DNA from: Mycobacterium tuberculosis H37Rv
Lineage (GTDB): Bacteria; Actinomycetota; Actinomycetes; Mycobacteriales; Mycobacteriaceae
Assembly: GCF_000195955.2 (NCBI RefSeq)
Contig: NC_000962.3
Span: 4,320,001 to 4,352,000, forward strand
Direction of reading: 5' to 3'
Length of the DNA: 32,000 nucleotides
Part shown: positions 21,479-32,000 of the stretch, piece by piece
How the letters are laid out: the number at the start of each line of letters is the position of its first letter
Numbering within the stretch: the stretch's first letter is position 1
Translations under genes and position numbers: made by a program
The notes under the pieces: generated by a model
Database searches by the model: none
Told to the model about the DNA's origin: nothing
What the model saw: the letters and a program-made list of their open reading frames with translations, nothing else

Positions 21479-21550
21479 TCGGACACCGAGTCGCCAGCAG
21501 GTCTGTGCCATAGCGAGTCGAAGCCATAGCGAGTAGAAAGTTAAACGTAG

Positions 21551-21877
<327 letters not shown>

Positions 21878-21879
21878 TC

Positions 21880-22731
21880 ATGACGGGTCCGTCCGCTGCA
21901 GGCCGCGCGGGCACCGCCGACAACGTGGTCGGCGTCGAGGTAACCATCGACGGCATGTTGGTGATCGCCGATCGGTTACACCTGGTTGATTTCCCTGTCA
22001 CGCTTGGGATTCGGCCGAATATCCCGCAAGAGGATCTGCGAGACATCGTCTGGGAACAGGTGCAGCGTGACCTCACAGCGCAAGGGGTGCTCGACCTCCA
22101 CGGGGAGCCCCAACCGACGGTCGCGGAGATGGTCGAAACCCTGGGCAGGCCAGATCGGACCTTGGAGGGTCGCTGGTGGCGGCGCGACATTGGCGGCGTC
22201 ATGGTGCGCTTCGTCGTGTGCCGCAGGGGCGACCGCCATGTGATCGCGGCGCGCGACGGCGACATGCTGGTGCTGCAGTTGGTGGCGCCGCAGGTCGGCT
22301 TGGCGGGCATGGTGACAGCGGTGCTGGGGCCCGCCGAACCCGCCAACGTCGAACCCCTGACGGGTGTGGCAACCGAGCTAGCCGAATGCACAACCGCGTC
22401 CCAATTGACGCAATACGGTATCGCACCGGCCTCGGCCCGCGTCTATGCCGAGATCGTGGGTAACCCGACCGGCTGGGTGGAGATCGTTGCCAGCCAACGC
22501 CACCCCGGCGGCACCACGACGCAGACCGACGCCGCCGCTGGCGTCCTGGACTCCAAGCTCGGTAGGCTGGTGTCGCTTCCCCGCCGTGTTGGAGGCGACC
22601 TGTACGGAAGCTTCCTGCCCGGCACTCAGCAGAACTTGGAGCGTGCGCTGGACGGCTTGCTAGAGCTGCTCCCTGCGGGCGCTTGGCTAGATCACACCTC
22701 AGATCACGCACAAGCCTCCTCCCGAGGCTGA
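21880..22731 (+). CDS. espG1: ESX-1 specific chaperone EspG1
   Basis: 283 aa from MTGPSAAGRAGTADNVVGVEVTIDGMLVIADRLHLVDFPVTLGIRPN; 2 nt after the espF stop. Confidence 0.95.
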   Translation: MTGPSAAGRAGTADNVVGVEVTIDGMLVIADRLHLVDFPVTLGIRPNIPQEDLRDIVWEQVQRDLTAQGVLDLHGEPQPTVAEMVETLGRPDRTLEGRWWRRDIGGVMVRFVVCRRGDRHVIAARDGDMLVLQLVAPQVGLAGMVTAVLGPAEPANVEPLTGVATELAECTTASQLTQYGIAPASARVYAEIVGNPTGWVEIVASQRHPGGTTTQTDAAAGVLDSKLGRLVSLPRRVGGDLYGSFLPGTQQNLERALDGLLELLPAGAWLDHTSDHAQASSRG

Positions 22732-22769
22732 CCCCTCACATCTCCGCTACGACTTCAGAAAGGGACGCC

Positions 22770-23321
22770 ATGGTGGACCCGCCGGGCAACGACGACGACC
22801 ACGGTGATCTCGACGCCCTCGATTTCTCCGCCGCCCACACCAACGAGGCGTCGCCGCTGGACGCCTTAGACGACTATGCGCCGGTGCAGACCGATGACGC
22901 CGAAGGCGACCTGGACGCCCTCCATGCGCTCACCGAACGCGACGAGGAGCCGGAGCTGGAGTTGTTCACGGTGACCAACCCTCAAGGGTCGGTGTCGGTC
23001 TCAACCCTGATGGACGGCAGAATCCAGCACGTCGAGCTGACGGACAAGGCGACCAGCATGTCCGAAGCGCAGCTGGCCGACGAGATCTTCGTTATTGCCG
23101 ATCTGGCCCGCCAAAAGGCGCGGGCGTCGCAGTACACGTTCATGGTGGAGAACATCGGTGAACTGACCGACGAAGACGCAGAAGGCAGCGCCCTGCTGCG
23201 GGAATTCGTGGGGATGACCCTGAATCTGCCGACGCCGGAAGAGGCTGCCGCAGCCGAAGCCGAAGTGTTCGCCACCCGCTACGATGTCGACTACACCTCC
23301 CGGTACAAGGCCGATGACTGA
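22770..23321 (+). CDS. espH: ESX-1 secretion-associated protein EspH
   Basis: Internal start MVDPPGNDDDHGDLDALDFSAAHTNEASPLDALDDY (after AGAAAGGGA); 183 aa acidic protein. Confidence 0.93.
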   Translation: MVDPPGNDDDHGDLDALDFSAAHTNEASPLDALDDYAPVQTDDAEGDLDALHALTERDEEPELELFTVTNPQGSVSVSTLMDGRIQHVELTDKATSMSEAQLADEIFVIADLARQKARASQYTFMVENIGELTDEDAEGSALLREFVGMTLNLPTPEEAAAAEAEVFATRYDVDYTSRYKADD

Positions 23322-25035
23322 TCGCTTGGCCAGTCTGTTCGAAAGCGCCGTCAGCATGTTGCCGATGTCGGAGGCGCGGTCGCTAGATCTGTTCACCGAG
23401 ATCACCAACTACGACGAATCCGCTTGCGACGCATGGATCGGCCGGATCCGGTGTGGGGACACCGACCGGGTGACGCTGTTTCGCGCCTGGTATTCGCGCC
23501 GCAATTTCGGACAGTTGTCGGGATCGGTCCAGATCTCGATGAGCACGTTAAACGCCAGGATTGCCATCGGGGGGCTGTACGGCGATATCACCTACCCGGT
23601 CACCTCGCCGCTAGCGATCACCATGGGCTTTGCCGCATGCGAGGCAGCGCAAGGCAATTACGCCGACGCCATGGAGGCCTTAGAGGCCGCCCCGGTCGCG
23701 GGTTCCGAGCACCTGGTGGCGTGGATGAAGGCGGTTGTCTACGGCGCGGCCGAACGCTGGACCGACGTGATCGACCAGGTCAAGAGTGCTGGGAAATGGC
23801 CGGACAAGTTTTTGGCCGGCGCGGCCGGTGTGGCGCACGGGGTTGCCGCGGCAAACCTGGCCTTGTTCACCGAAGCCGAACGCCGACTCACCGAGGCCAA
23901 CGACTCGCCCGCCGGTGAGGCGTGTGCGCGCGCCATCGCCTGGTATCTGGCGATGGCACGGCGCAGCCAGGGCAACGAAAGCGCCGCGGTGGCGCTGCTG
24001 GAATGGTTACAGACCACTCACCCCGAGCCCAAAGTGGCTGCGGCGCTGAAGGATCCCTCCTACCGGCTGAAGACGACCACCGCCGAACAGATCGCATCCC
24101 GCGCCGATCCCTGGGATCCGGGCAGTGTCGTGACCGACAACTCCGGCCGGGAGCGGCTGCTCGCCGAGGCCCAAGCCGAACTCGACCGCCAAATTGGGCT
24201 CACCCGGGTTAAAAATCAGATTGAACGCTACCGCGCGGCGACGCTGATGGCCCGGGTCCGCGCCGCCAAGGGTATGAAGGTCGCCCAGCCCAGCAAGCAC
24301 ATGATCTTCACCGGACCGCCCGGTACCGGCAAGACCACGATCGCGCGGGTGGTGGCCAATATCCTGGCCGGCTTAGGCGTCATTGCCGAACCCAAACTCG
24401 TCGAGACGTCGCGCAAGGACTTCGTCGCCGAGTACGAGGGGCAATCGGCGGTCAAGACCGCTAAGACGATCGATCAGGCGCTGGGCGGGGTGCTTTTCAT
24501 CGACGAGGCTTATGCGCTGGTGCAGGAAAGAGACGGCCGCACCGATCCGTTCGGTCAAGAGGCGCTGGACACGCTGCTGGCGCGGATGGAGAACGACCGG
24601 GACCGGCTGGTGGTGATCATCGCCGGGTACAGCTCCGACATAGATCGGCTGCTGGAAACCAACGAGGGTCTGCGGTCGCGGTTCGCCACTCGCATCGAGT
24701 TCGACACCTATTCCCCCGAGGAACTCCTCGAGATCGCCAACGTCATTGCCGCTGCTGATGATTCGGCGTTGACCGCAGAGGCGGCCGAGAACTTTCTTCA
24801 GGCCGCCAAGCAGTTGGAGCAGCGCATGTTGCGCGGCCGGCGCGCCCTGGACGTCGCCGGCAACGGTCGGTATGCGCGCCAGCTGGTGGAGGCCAGCGAG
24901 CAATGCCGGGACATGCGTCTAGCCCAGGTCCTCGATATCGACACCCTCGACGAAGACCGGCTTCGCGAGATCAACGGCTCAGATATGGCGGAGGCTATCG
25001 CCGCGGTGCACGCACACCTCAACATGAGAGAATGA
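23314..25035 (+). CDS. eccA1: ESX-1 AAA+ ATPase EccA1 (CbxX/CfqX family, TPR N-terminus)
   Basis: MTDRLASLFESAVSMLPMSEARSLDLFTEITNYDESACDAWIGRI; Walker A FTGPPGTGKTTIARVVA; Walker B GGVLFIDEAYAL; 8-bp overlap with espH. Confidence 0.97.
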   Translation: MTDRLASLFESAVSMLPMSEARSLDLFTEITNYDESACDAWIGRIRCGDTDRVTLFRAWYSRRNFGQLSGSVQISMSTLNARIAIGGLYGDITYPVTSPLAITMGFAACEAAQGNYADAMEALEAAPVAGSEHLVAWMKAVVYGAAERWTDVIDQVKSAGKWPDKFLAGAAGVAHGVAAANLALFTEAERRLTEANDSPAGEACARAIAWYLAMARRSQGNESAAVALLEWLQTTHPEPKVAAALKDPSYRLKTTTAEQIASRADPWDPGSVVTDNSGRERLLAEAQAELDRQIGLTRVKNQIERYRAATLMARVRAAKGMKVAQPSKHMIFTGPPGTGKTTIARVVANILAGLGVIAEPKLVETSRKDFVAEYEGQSAVKTAKTIDQALGGVLFIDEAYALVQERDGRTDPFGQEALDTLLARMENDRDRLVVIIAGYSSDIDRLLETNEGLRSRFATRIEFDTYSPEELLEIANVIAAADDSALTAEAAENFLQAAKQLEQRMLRGRRALDVAGNGRYARQLVEASEQCRDMRLAQVLDIDTLDEDRLREINGSDMAEAIAAVHAHLNMRE

Positions 25036-25038
25036 ACT

Positions 25039-26481
25039 ATGGGGCTTCGCCTCACCACCAAGGTTCAGGTTAGCGGCTGGCGTTTTCTGCTGCGCCGGCT
25101 CGAACACGCCATCGTGCGCCGGGACACCCGGATGTTTGACGACCCGCTGCAGTTCTACAGCCGCTCGATCGCTCTTGGCATCGTCGTCGCGGTCCTGATT
25201 CTGGCGGGTGCCGCGCTGCTGGCGTACTTCAAACCACAAGGCAAACTCGGCGGCACCAGCCTGTTCACCGACCGCGCGACCAACCAGCTTTACGTGCTGC
25301 TGTCCGGACAGTTGCATCCGGTCTACAACCTGACTTCGGCGCGGCTGGTGCTGGGCAATCCGGCCAACCCGGCCACCGTGAAGTCCTCCGAACTGAGCAA
25401 GCTGCCGATGGGCCAGACCGTTGGAATCCCCGGCGCCCCCTACGCCACGCCTGTTTCGGCGGGCAGCACCTCGATCTGGACCCTATGCGACACCGTCGCC
25501 CGAGCCGACTCCACTTCCCCGGTAGTGCAGACCGCGGTCATCGCGATGCCGTTGGAGATCGATGCTTCGATCGATCCGCTCCAGTCACACGAAGCGGTGC
25601 TGGTGTCCTACCAGGGCGAAACCTGGATCGTCACAACTAAGGGACGCCACGCCATAGATCTGACCGACCGCGCCCTCACCTCGTCGATGGGGATACCGGT
25701 GACGGCCAGGCCAACCCCGATCTCGGAGGGCATGTTCAACGCGCTGCCTGATATGGGGCCCTGGCAGCTGCCGCCGATACCGGCGGCGGGCGCGCCCAAT
25801 TCGCTTGGCCTACCTGATGATCTAGTGATCGGATCGGTCTTCCAGATCCACACCGACAAGGGCCCGCAATACTATGTGGTGCTGCCCGACGGCATCGCGC
25901 AGGTCAACGCGACAACCGCTGCGGCGCTGCGCGCCACCCAGGCGCACGGGCTGGTCGCGCCACCGGCAATGGTGCCCAGTCTGGTCGTCAGAATCGCCGA
26001 ACGGGTATACCCCTCACCGCTACCCGATGAACCGCTCAAGATCGTGTCCCGGCCGCAGGATCCCGCGCTGTGCTGGTCATGGCAACGCAGCGCCGGCGAC
26101 CAGTCGCCGCAGTCAACGGTGCTGTCCGGCCGGCATCTGCCGATATCGCCCTCAGCGATGAACATGGGGATCAAGCAGATCCACGGGACGGCGACCGTTT
26201 ACCTCGACGGCGGAAAATTCGTGGCACTGCAATCCCCCGATCCTCGATACACCGAATCGATGTACTACATCGATCCACAGGGCGTGCGTTATGGGGTGCC
26301 TAACGCGGAGACAGCCAAGTCGCTGGGCCTGAGTTCACCCCAAAACGCGCCCTGGGAGATCGTTCGTCTCCTGGTCGACGGTCCGGTGCTGTCGAAAGAT
26401 GCCGCACTGCTCGAGCACGACACGCTGCCCGCTGACCCTAGCCCCCGAAAAGTTCCCGCCGGAGCCTCCGGAGCCCCCTGA
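25039..26481 (+). CDS. eccB1: ESX-1 core membrane component EccB1
   Basis: 480 aa [64 protein letters not shown], one TM helix. Confidence 0.97.
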   Translation: MGLRLTTKVQVSGWRFLLRRLEHAIVRRDTRMFDDPLQFYSRSIALGIVVAVLILAGAALLAYFKPQGKLGGTSLFTDRATNQLYVLLSGQLHPVYNLTSARLVLGNPANPATVKSSELSKLPMGQTVGIPGAPYATPVSAGSTSIWTLCDTVARADSTSPVVQTAVIAMPLEIDASIDPLQSHEAVLVSYQGETWIVTTKGRHAIDLTDRALTSSMGIPVTARPTPISEGMFNALPDMGPWQLPPIPAAGAPNSLGLPDDLVIGSVFQIHTDKGPQYYVVLPDGIAQVNATTAAALRATQAHGLVAPPAMVPSLVVRIAERVYPSPLPDEPLKIVSRPQDPALCWSWQRSAGDQSPQSTVLSGRHLPISPSAMNMGIKQIHGTATVYLDGGKFVALQSPDPRYTESMYYIDPQGVRYGVPNAETAKSLGLSSPQNAPWEIVRLLVDGPVLSKDAALLEHDTLPADPSPRKVPAGASGAP

Positions 26482-28724
26482 TGACGACCAAGAAGTTCAC
26501 TCCCACCATTACCCGTGGCCCCCGGTTGACCCCGGGCGAGATCAGCCTCACGCCGCCCGATGACCTGGGCATCGACATCCCACCGTCGGGCGTCCAAAAG
26601 ATCCTTCCCTACGTGATGGGTGGCGCCATGCTCGGCATGATCGCCATCATGGTGGCCGGCGGCACCAGGCAGCTGTCGCCGTACATGTTGATGATGCCGC
26701 TGATGATGATCGTGATGATGGTCGGCGGTCTGGCCGGTAGCACCGGTGGTGGCGGCAAGAAGGTGCCCGAAATCAACGCCGACCGCAAGGAGTACCTGCG
26801 GTATTTGGCAGGACTACGCACCCGAGTGACGTCCTCGGCCACCTCTCAGGTGGCGTTCTTCTCCTACCACGCACCGCATCCCGAGGATCTGTTGTCGATC
26901 GTCGGCACCCAACGGCAGTGGTCCCGGCCGGCCAACGCCGACTTCTATGCGGCCACCCGAATCGGTATCGGTGACCAGCCGGCGGTGGATCGATTATTGA
27001 AGCCGGCCGTCGGCGGGGAGTTGGCCGCCGCCAGCGCAGCACCTCAGCCGTTCCTGGAGCCGGTCAGTCATATGTGGGTGGTCAAGTTTCTACGAACCCA
27101 TGGATTGATCCATGACTGCCCGAAACTGCTGCAACTCCGTACCTTTCCGACTATCGCGATCGGCGGGGACTTGGCGGGGGCAGCCGGCCTGATGACGGCG
27201 ATGATCTGTCACCTAGCCGTGTTCCACCCACCGGACCTGCTGCAGATCCGGGTGCTCACCGAGGAACCCGACGACCCCGACTGGTCCTGGCTCAAATGGC
27301 TTCCGCACGTACAGCACCAGACCGAAACCGATGCGGCCGGGTCCACCCGGCTGATCTTCACGCGCCAGGAAGGTCTGTCGGACCTGGCCGCGCGCGGGCC
27401 ACACGCACCCGATTCGCTTCCCGGCGGCCCCTACGTAGTCGTCGTCGACCTGACCGGCGGCAAGGCTGGATTCCCGCCCGACGGTAGGGCCGGTGTCACG
27501 GTGATCACGTTGGGCAACCATCGCGGCTCGGCCTACCGCATCAGGGTGCACGAGGATGGGACGGCTGATGACCGGCTCCCTAACCAATCGTTTCGCCAGG
27601 TGACATCGGTCACCGATCGGATGTCGCCGCAGCAAGCCAGCCGTATCGCGCGAAAGTTGGCCGGATGGTCCATCACGGGCACCATCCTCGACAAGACGTC
27701 GCGGGTCCAGAAGAAGGTGGCCACCGACTGGCACCAGCTGGTCGGTGCGCAAAGTGTCGAGGAGATAACACCTTCCCGCTGGAGGATGTACACCGACACC
27801 GACCGTGACCGGCTAAAGATCCCGTTTGGTCATGAACTAAAGACCGGCAACGTCATGTACCTGGACATCAAAGAGGGCGCGGAATTCGGCGCCGGACCGC
27901 ACGGCATGCTCATCGGGACCACGGGGTCTGGGAAGTCCGAATTCCTGCGCACCCTGATCCTGTCGCTGGTGGCAATGACTCATCCAGATCAGGTGAATCT
28001 CCTGCTCACCGACTTCAAAGGTGGTTCAACCTTCCTGGGAATGGAAAAGCTTCCGCACACTGCCGCTGTCGTCACCAACATGGCCGAGGAAGCCGAGCTC
28101 GTCAGCCGGATGGGCGAGGTGTTGACCGGAGAACTCGATCGGCGCCAGTCGATCCTCCGACAGGCCGGGATGAAAGTCGGCGCGGCCGGAGCCCTGTCCG
28201 GCGTGGCCGAATACGAGAAGTACCGCGAACGCGGTGCCGACCTACCCCCGCTGCCAACGCTTTTCGTCGTCGTCGACGAGTTCGCCGAGCTGTTGCAGAG
28301 TCACCCGGACTTCATCGGGCTGTTCGACCGGATCTGCCGCGTCGGGCGGTCGCTGAGGGTCCATCTGCTGCTGGCTACCCAGTCGCTGCAGACCGGCGGT
28401 GTTCGCATCGACAAACTGGAGCCAAACCTGACATATCGAATCGCATTGCGCACCACCAGCTCTCATGAATCCAAGGCGGTAATCGGCACACCGGAGGCGC
28501 AGTACATCACCAACAAGGAGAGCGGTGTCGGGTTTCTCCGGGTCGGCATGGAAGACCCGGTCAAGTTCAGCACCTTCTACATCAGTGGGCCATACATGCC
28601 GCCGGCGGCAGGCGTCGAAACCAATGGTGAAGCCGGAGGGCCCGGTCAACAGACCACTAGACAAGCCGCGCGCATTCACAGGTTCACCGCGGCACCGGTT
28701 CTCGAGGAGGCGCCGACACCGTGA
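26481..28724 (+). CDS. eccCa1: ESX-1 FtsK/SpoIIIE ATPase EccCa1
   Basis: 747 aa; two TM helices near the N-terminus, Walker A LIGTTGSGKSEFLRTLI; 1-nt overlap with eccB1. Confidence 0.97.
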   Translation: MTTKKFTPTITRGPRLTPGEISLTPPDDLGIDIPPSGVQKILPYVMGGAMLGMIAIMVAGGTRQLSPYMLMMPLMMIVMMVGGLAGSTGGGGKKVPEINADRKEYLRYLAGLRTRVTSSATSQVAFFSYHAPHPEDLLSIVGTQRQWSRPANADFYAATRIGIGDQPAVDRLLKPAVGGELAAASAAPQPFLEPVSHMWVVKFLRTHGLIHDCPKLLQLRTFPTIAIGGDLAGAAGLMTAMICHLAVFHPPDLLQIRVLTEEPDDPDWSWLKWLPHVQHQTETDAAGSTRLIFTRQEGLSDLAARGPHAPDSLPGGPYVVVVDLTGGKAGFPPDGRAGVTVITLGNHRGSAYRIRVHEDGTADDRLPNQSFRQVTSVTDRMSPQQASRIARKLAGWSITGTILDKTSRVQKKVATDWHQLVGAQSVEEITPSRWRMYTDTDRDRLKIPFGHELKTGNVMYLDIKEGAEFGAGPHGMLIGTTGSGKSEFLRTLILSLVAMTHPDQVNLLLTDFKGGSTFLGMEKLPHTAAVVTNMAEEAELVSRMGEVLTGELDRRQSILRQAGMKVGAAGALSGVAEYEKYRERGADLPPLPTLFVVVDEFAELLQSHPDFIGLFDRICRVGRSLRVHLLLATQSLQTGGVRIDKLEPNLTYRIALRTTSSHESKAVIGTPEAQYITNKESGVGFLRVGMEDPVKFSTFYISGPYMPPAAGVETNGEAGGPGQQTTRQAARIHRFTAAPVLEEAPTP

Positions 28725-28824
28725 CCCGCGCCGGCGACGATGCAAAGCGCAGCGATGAGGAGGAGCGGCGCCAACGGCCCGCGCCGGCGACGATGCAAAG
28801 CGCAGCGATGAGGAGGAGCGGCGC
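28725..28824. repeat. MIRU-type minisatellite, 2 copies with 53-bp period (probable MIRU39 / VNTR 4348)
   Basis: Identical 47-mer cccgcgccggcgacgatgcaaagcgcagcgatgaggaggagcggcgc at 28725-28771 and 28778-28824, separated by caacgg. Confidence 0.92.
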
Positions 28825-28826
28825 GC

Positions 28827-30602
28827 ATGACTGCTGAACCGGAAGTACGGACGCTGCGCGAGGTTGTGCTGGACCAGCTCGGCACTGCTGAATCGCGTGC
28901 GTACAAGATGTGGCTGCCGCCGTTGACCAATCCGGTCCCGCTCAACGAGCTCATCGCCCGTGATCGGCGACAACCCCTGCGATTTGCCCTGGGGATCATG
29001 GATGAACCGCGCCGCCATCTACAGGATGTGTGGGGCGTAGACGTTTCCGGGGCCGGCGGCAACATCGGTATTGGGGGCGCACCTCAAACCGGGAAGTCGA
29101 CGCTACTGCAGACGATGGTGATGTCGGCCGCCGCCACACACTCACCGCGCAACGTTCAGTTCTATTGCATCGACCTAGGTGGCGGCGGGCTGATCTATCT
29201 CGAAAACCTTCCACACGTCGGTGGGGTAGCCAATCGGTCCGAGCCCGACAAGGTCAACCGGGTGGTCGCAGAGATGCAAGCCGTCATGCGGCAACGGGAA
29301 ACCACCTTCAAGGAACACCGAGTGGGCTCGATCGGGATGTACCGGCAGCTGCGTGACGATCCAAGTCAACCCGTTGCGTCCGATCCATACGGCGACGTCT
29401 TTCTGATCATCGACGGATGGCCCGGTTTTGTCGGCGAGTTCCCCGACCTTGAGGGGCAGGTTCAAGATCTGGCCGCCCAGGGGCTGGCGTTCGGCGTCCA
29501 CGTCATCATCTCCACGCCACGCTGGACAGAGCTGAAGTCGCGTGTTCGCGACTACCTCGGCACCAAGATCGAGTTCCGGCTTGGTGACGTCAATGAAACC
29601 CAGATCGACCGGATTACCCGCGAGATCCCGGCGAATCGTCCGGGTCGGGCAGTGTCGATGGAAAAGCACCATCTGATGATCGGCGTGCCCAGGTTCGACG
29701 GCGTGCACAGCGCCGATAACCTGGTGGAGGCGATCACCGCGGGGGTGACGCAGATCGCTTCCCAGCACACCGAACAGGCACCTCCGGTGCGGGTCCTGCC
29801 GGAGCGTATCCACCTGCACGAACTCGACCCGAACCCGCCGGGACCAGAGTCCGACTACCGCACTCGCTGGGAGATTCCGATCGGCTTGCGCGAGACGGAC
29901 CTGACGCCGGCTCACTGCCACATGCACACGAACCCGCACCTACTGATCTTCGGTGCGGCCAAATCGGGCAAGACGACCATTGCCCACGCGATCGCGCGCG
30001 CCATTTGTGCCCGAAACAGTCCCCAGCAGGTGCGGTTCATGCTCGCGGACTACCGCTCGGGCCTGCTGGACGCGGTGCCGGACACCCATCTGCTGGGCGC
30101 CGGCGCGATCAACCGCAACAGCGCGTCGCTAGACGAGGCCGTTCAAGCACTGGCGGTCAACCTGAAGAAGCGGTTGCCGCCGACCGACCTGACGACGGCG
30201 CAGCTACGCTCGCGTTCGTGGTGGAGCGGATTTGACGTCGTGCTTCTGGTCGACGATTGGCACATGATCGTGGGTGCCGCCGGGGGGATGCCGCCGATGG
30301 CACCGCTGGCCCCGTTATTGCCGGCGGCGGCAGATATCGGGTTGCACATCATTGTCACCTGTCAGATGAGCCAGGCTTACAAGGCAACCATGGACAAGTT
30401 CGTCGGCGCCGCATTCGGGTCGGGCGCTCCGACAATGTTCCTTTCGGGCGAGAAGCAGGAATTCCCATCCAGTGAGTTCAAGGTCAAGCGGCGCCCCCCT
30501 GGCCAGGCATTTCTCGTCTCGCCAGACGGCAAAGAGGTCATCCAGGCCCCCTACATCGAGCCTCCAGAAGAAGTGTTCGCAGCACCCCCAAGCGCCGGTT
30601 AA
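28827..30602 (+). CDS. eccCb1: ESX-1 FtsK/SpoIIIE ATPase EccCb1
   Basis: 591 aa; Walker A-like [16 protein letters not shown] and [16 protein letters not shown]. Confidence 0.97.
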
Positions 30603-30744
30603 GATTATTTCATTGCCGGTGTAGCAGGACCCGAGCTCAGCCCGGTAATCGAGTTCGGGCAATGCTGACCATCGGGTTTGTTTCCGGCTATAACCGAACG
30701 GTTTGTGTACGGGATACAAATACAGGGAGGGAAGAAGTAGGCAA

Positions 30745-31044
30745 ATGGAAAAAATGTCACATGATCCGATCGCTGCCGACATTGGCACGCAAGTGAGCGA
30801 CAACGCTCTGCACGGCGTGACGGCCGGCTCGACGGCGCTGACGTCGGTGACCGGGCTGGTTCCCGCGGGGGCCGATGAGGTCTCCGCCCAAGCGGCGACG
30901 GCGTTCACATCGGAGGGCATCCAATTGCTGGCTTCCAATGCATCGGCCCAAGACCAGCTCCACCGTGCGGGCGAAGCGGTCCAGGACGTCGCCCGCACCT
31001 ATTCGCAAATCGACGACGGCGCCGCCGGCGTCTTCGCCGAATAG
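30745..31044 (+). CDS. PE35: PE family protein PE35
   Basis: Internal start MEKMSHDPIAADIGTQVSDNALHGVTAGSTALTSVTGLVPAGADEVSAQAATAF; AGGGAGGGA RBS; C-terminal YSQID secretion motif. Confidence 0.95.
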   Translation: MEKMSHDPIAADIGTQVSDNALHGVTAGSTALTSVTGLVPAGADEVSAQAATAFTSEGIQLLASNASAQDQLHRAGEAVQDVARTYSQIDDGAAGVFAE

Positions 31045-31074
31045 GCCCCCAACACATCGGAGGGAGTGATCACC

Positions 31075-32000
31075 ATGCTGTGGCACGCAATGCCACCGGA
31101 GCTAAATACCGCACGGCTGATGGCCGGCGCGGGTCCGGCTCCAATGCTTGCGGCGGCCGCGGGATGGCAGACGCTTTCGGCGGCTCTGGACGCTCAGGCC
31201 GTCGAGTTGACCGCGCGCCTGAACTCTCTGGGAGAAGCCTGGACTGGAGGTGGCAGCGACAAGGCGCTTGCGGCTGCAACGCCGATGGTGGTCTGGCTAC
31301 AAACCGCGTCAACACAGGCCAAGACCCGTGCGATGCAGGCGACGGCGCAAGCCGCGGCATACACCCAGGCCATGGCCACGACGCCGTCGCTGCCGGAGAT
31401 CGCCGCCAACCACATCACCCAGGCCGTCCTTACGGCCACCAACTTCTTCGGTATCAACACGATCCCGATCGCGTTGACCGAGATGGATTATTTCATCCGT
31501 ATGTGGAACCAGGCAGCCCTGGCAATGGAGGTCTACCAGGCCGAGACCGCGGTTAACACGCTTTTCGAGAAGCTCGAGCCGATGGCGTCGATCCTTGATC
31601 CCGGCGCGAGCCAGAGCACGACGAACCCGATCTTCGGAATGCCCTCCCCTGGCAGCTCAACACCGGTTGGCCAGTTGCCGCCGGCGGCTACCCAGACCCT
31701 CGGCCAACTGGGTGAGATGAGCGGCCCGATGCAGCAGCTGACCCAGCCGCTGCAGCAGGTGACGTCGTTGTTCAGCCAGGTGGGCGGCACCGGCGGCGGC
31801 AACCCAGCCGACGAGGAAGCCGCGCAGATGGGCCTGCTCGGCACCAGTCCGCTGTCGAACCATCCGCTGGCTGGTGGATCAGGCCCCAGCGCGGGCGCGG
31901 GCCTGCTGCGCGCGGAGTCGCTACCTGGCGCAGGTGGGTCGTTGACCCGCACGCCGCTGATGTCTCAGCTGATCGAAAAGCCGGTTGCCCCCTCGGTGAT
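31075..32000 (+). CDS. PPE68: PPE family protein PPE68 (truncated by the window end)
   Basis: [65 protein letters not shown]; PPE motif and WxG; no stop before 32000. Confidence 0.96.

Noticed and set aside
24373-24903. 176-aa minus-strand ORF opposite eccA1
   Set aside because: Antisense to the conserved AAA+ core; no independent evidence.
28725-28824. Two-copy repeat considered as a CRISPR repeat
   Set aside because: Two identical 47-bp units separated by only 6 bp, no spacer-like content and no cas genes; fits a MIRU minisatellite.

Overview
This window is recognisable as a Mycobacterium tuberculosis-complex chromosome segment. My identification is from memory of the protein families and gene order; no database was searched. 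It runs from sodA through Rv3847-Rv3853, ethA/ethR, gltBD, Rv3860, whiB6 and Rv3863 into the ESX-1 (type VII secretion) locus: espE-espF-espG1-espH-eccA1-eccB1-eccCa1-eccCb1-PE35-PPE68. PPE68 is cut by the right edge. Gene spacing suggests window position n corresponds to H37Rv position about 4,320,000+n. This is a well-studied region and I do not claim an unknown defence or mobile system; I saw no CRISPR array, phage or intact IS element. The items most worth a second look are: (1) a yybP-ykoY (Mn) riboswitch-like leader before the UPF0016 transporter gene; (2) a 47-bp repeat present twice with a 53-bp period exactly at the eccCa1/eccCb1 junction (probably MIRU39), which encodes a 38-codon coupling ORF whose structure should change with copy number; (3) a perfect 18-bp-arm hairpin between Rv3860 and convergent whiB6, inside the doubtful ORF Rv3861; (4) a predicted FHA-like plus HTH-like architecture for Rv3863, with an 8-bp-arm palindrome in its divergent promoter region; (5) an unlisted 54-aa ORF with an RBS upstream of sodA; (6) an AT-richer, possibly decayed ORF between gltD and Rv3857c; and (7) several short repeat or palindrome clusters in intergenic regions.
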